Position numbers and translations under genes: made by a program. The notes under the pieces are model-generated. The model made no database searches and had not been told where the DNA came from. It was given only the letters and a program-made list of their open reading frames with translations. A DNA stretch of 63,610 nucleotides, the filler included, from Reticulomyxa filosa (Eukaryota; Protista; Foraminifera), in assembly GCA_000512085.1 (NCBI GenBank). It is 8 parts of 8 records of this genome, joined end to end, with 100 filler letters (N's around TTAATTAATTAA, not from the genome) between each part and the next. Parts side by side here need not be neighbours in the genome. Positions count along the whole stretch, not along the records: positions 61,167 to 63,610 come from ASPP01023084.1; 7 more parts are not named here. The stretch is one strand, 5' to 3'. Positions 61,167-63,610 of this stretch are shown piece after piece (position 1 is the stretch's first letter; the number at the start of each line of letters is the position of its first letter).

Positions 61167-61796
61167 TTATGGGATGTTGAAACATTAAAATCATTACATG
61201 TTTTCAATGGGCATACAGATGGTGTTTGGTGTGTTGATATTTCACAATTGCAAGGTAATAATAACAATGATAATAATAAAATGAATAATATTGGTGTGAT
61301 TGGTGGAAATGGATATACAATTTGTTCTGGGTCATTGGATAAAACCATTCGTATATGGGATATTGAAACAACCAAACAATTGAATATATTCAATGGACAT
61401 TATTATTTTGTTTATAGTGTAAAATATGGATCAAATGAATTATTAAGCACAATATTATCTGGATCATTTGATAAAAGTGTTCGTTTGTGGGATATTCGAT
61501 CTGGTCAACAGATTCAAATTTTCAACGGCCATAAATATTATGTGTATGCTGTTGAATATTCACCATTTATGATAAAGAATAGTAGCGGCAATTCAAATGT
61601 GATATGTTCTGGATCATGGGATAATACAATTCGTTTTTGAGATATTCGATTAAATAAAAATGAATTGTATATTATCAAAGGAGACGAGAGAGAAGATGAT
61701 GGAATATTTTGTCTTAAATTTGTTGGATCGAAGACAAAGAATGATTTGAATTTGTGTTATGGTTCACGCAAAGGTCCCATTCGTATTTGGGGATAA
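61167..61796 (+). pseudogene. WD40-repeat paralog of the 28068 gene with a premature TGA at 61638-61640; 5' truncated
   Basis: Closely similar to 28068-28720 (NNIGVIGGNGYTICSGS, VKYGSNEL). IRF-TGA-DIR occurs where the paralog has IRFWDVR. The frame continues to IRIWG* at 61796. Confidence 0.7.
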
Positions 61797-62883
61797 TTTA
61801 CTTTTTTGTCGAATAAGAAATTGTTTTGTTTGAAAATTTTGATTAAAAGAAAAGTAAGTTGATATTAAATTTGATTGAATGCAAGTATTGAAAAGTGTGT
61901 TTAATCTTACTTTATTGTTTAAAAAATTCGAAAAGCTACGTTCAATTTTTTAAGAATTCAAAAGCATAACAAATGAAAATTCAAATAGCAAAATAAATTG
62001 CAAGATATTTCAAGTATTGTGCTTTCTTCATTGCAAATCACTACTAATTTTTTAGATTGTTTTTTTATGTCTATTCGCTATTGTTTTTTACAGTATCGAA
62101 AATATTTATGTATCTTCATCTACAAGTCTTTGCAAATTAACCTTTCTCCTGAAACGTATGTACCATTTGATGTGCCTGATGGGGTATGCAGATTGAAGCA
62201 TGGACAATAACGAGCAAGATTAAGCTTTTTGAAAATGCTTCGTTATTTGTAATTGGACGATCTAGCACAACGCGAATACTGCGGACTTATCTATTCGGCG
62301 GCCATGTGGCTTGGTCAGTAGATATTGAGCCGCTTTGGGGATGTATGACATTCCCCTCTCCCCACTCTATTATTGGTCTGTAGCTGGCTTAGCATCCATA
62401 TGATGTGCAAGTACACATATTATACTGTGGCTTGCGATATTTAATCGTGGTCAATTGTGATTGTCCTCTGAATCAACGGTCGTCGGGTTGCAAAAGATTC
62501 CCTGTATTTGTTATTTCTGAATTTCTTTAATCATTTTATTTTTTTTAAAATTGATTTTGTTTGTAGTTTAATTGAATAAATTTATTTTTAATTGAAATAT
62601 AATATAATTAAAAATGATATTTAATTTGTCCAGCATCTTTCTCTTTACACAAAATTTCACAAGTGATCCATTTCAAAATAAGCTCAACCTTGGCAGATGG
62701 CAGATAATAAATAATCTATCATAAATTTTGTCTTTTGAATACTGTAAATACAACTTGACACTCCATTTTTTTTTTGCCAAATGCAAATCCTTCACCACAT
62801 GTAATCTTTTCCTTTCTCCGAGATTTTCATGCTCGTACTAAATCATCGCATTTCATTTGTCCAATTGCGAAATAAATTCCACC

Positions 62884-62888
<5 letters not shown>

Positions 62889-62931
<43 letters not shown>

Positions 62932-62932
62932 G
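62889..62932. repeat. (ATT)n microsatellite
   Basis: Directly visible. Confidence 0.95.
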
Positions 62933-63610
62933 GAGCATTTGTTTCTCCAAAACGAATGAAATACACACATAAGCTCCAGTTGCGAAAGTATGCGTATACG
63001 TTATCATTATATCAAAATTACTATTTACAAATCGTACGTATAATTGTATTGCAAACTGCATGTATACTTTATTACACAATCAAAGATCAATCATAAATTA
63101 TAAAATCTGAACTTAAATCATTGAGCAATATTGTATGCCTTTTTTTTTTGGTAATATTCCATAAGTTATATAATAATGCTCTCTTTGCATTTGTTTCCAT
63201 GTTTACATTGAAGATATTTTATATTTACTGGTTCACTCAAAATGTTTTGTATGTGTTGTGCTTTTCTTGCAGTTGGAATTGTTATTTGCCAATTTTCATC
63301 TACTGTGTGTAATATCATAGCATCCATAATAGCCTAAGAGTTGAAGACTTTGTAACTTTCTCTGTGGCAGATAGGAGACTTTAGTAAAGAAAGCATATCT
63401 TGGAAAAAAAAATGATGATAATTTGATTTAGATCAAATTAAAAAGCAGATCAACTGTTTTGACGATTTCGTTTCTGAATCCAGAGTTCAAGCTTATGGTC
63501 AAAACGGAACAAGTTGTTGATGATGTTTGTGTTTTTTTTTTTACCCCTCCGAAAAAGATAAAAGAAATATTGCTTTTAATATAATAATATCTTTGTTACT
63601 TAGACTTATA

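Noticed and set aside
61638-61640. In-frame TGA at a conserved Trp, suggesting UGA=Trp recoding
   Set aside because: TGA terminates intact genes here (Gemin2, Cdt1, exonuclease) and other Trp codons are TGG. A point mutation or sequencing error is simpler.
62130-62880. Coding-like, more GC-balanced patches near the window end
   Set aside because: All frames are interrupted and no family is recognisable. Possibly a decayed gene, but this is not supportable from sequence alone.

Overview
AT-rich, intron-containing eukaryotic (protist) genomic DNA. It consists of eight contigs joined by seven artificial 100-nt linkers (N-run, TTAATTAATTAA, N-run), so adjacency across linkers is not biological evidence. 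The expanded WD40 and 42-aa TPR families and the microsatellite-rich introns strongly resemble the foraminiferan Reticulomyxa filosa; this is inference from family recognition, not a database hit. About 24 protein genes can be supported. Housekeeping genes: Gemin2, cyclin T/K, INTS11, NUFIP1, Cdt1, Aurora kinase, EDEM/GH47 mannosidase, PYROXD2, an EXD3/Mut-7-like exonuclease and an atypical SDR. Expanded families: TPR and WD40 (one WD40 copy has an internal TGA). The set of signalling genes is unusually dense. Most interesting items: (1) a reconstructed ~1,810-aa receptor joining a Kelch propeller, a Cys-paired beta-helix, a Pmp-type GGA(I/V) beta-helix and a class C (GABA-B-like) GPCR 7TM; (2) its contiguous neighbours, a 7TM-RGS protein and a CK1-family kinase whose catalytic loop reads HRDIAPRN, like a tyrosine kinase; (3) a second 7TM-RGS and an orphan 7TM; (4) a fold-back MITE-like element and a dispersed repeat family that forms an inverted pair around ~1.9 kb. 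Several genes carry single-base frameshifts in homopolymers, most likely assembly errors. No rRNA, CRISPR array or convincing tRNA gene was seen.
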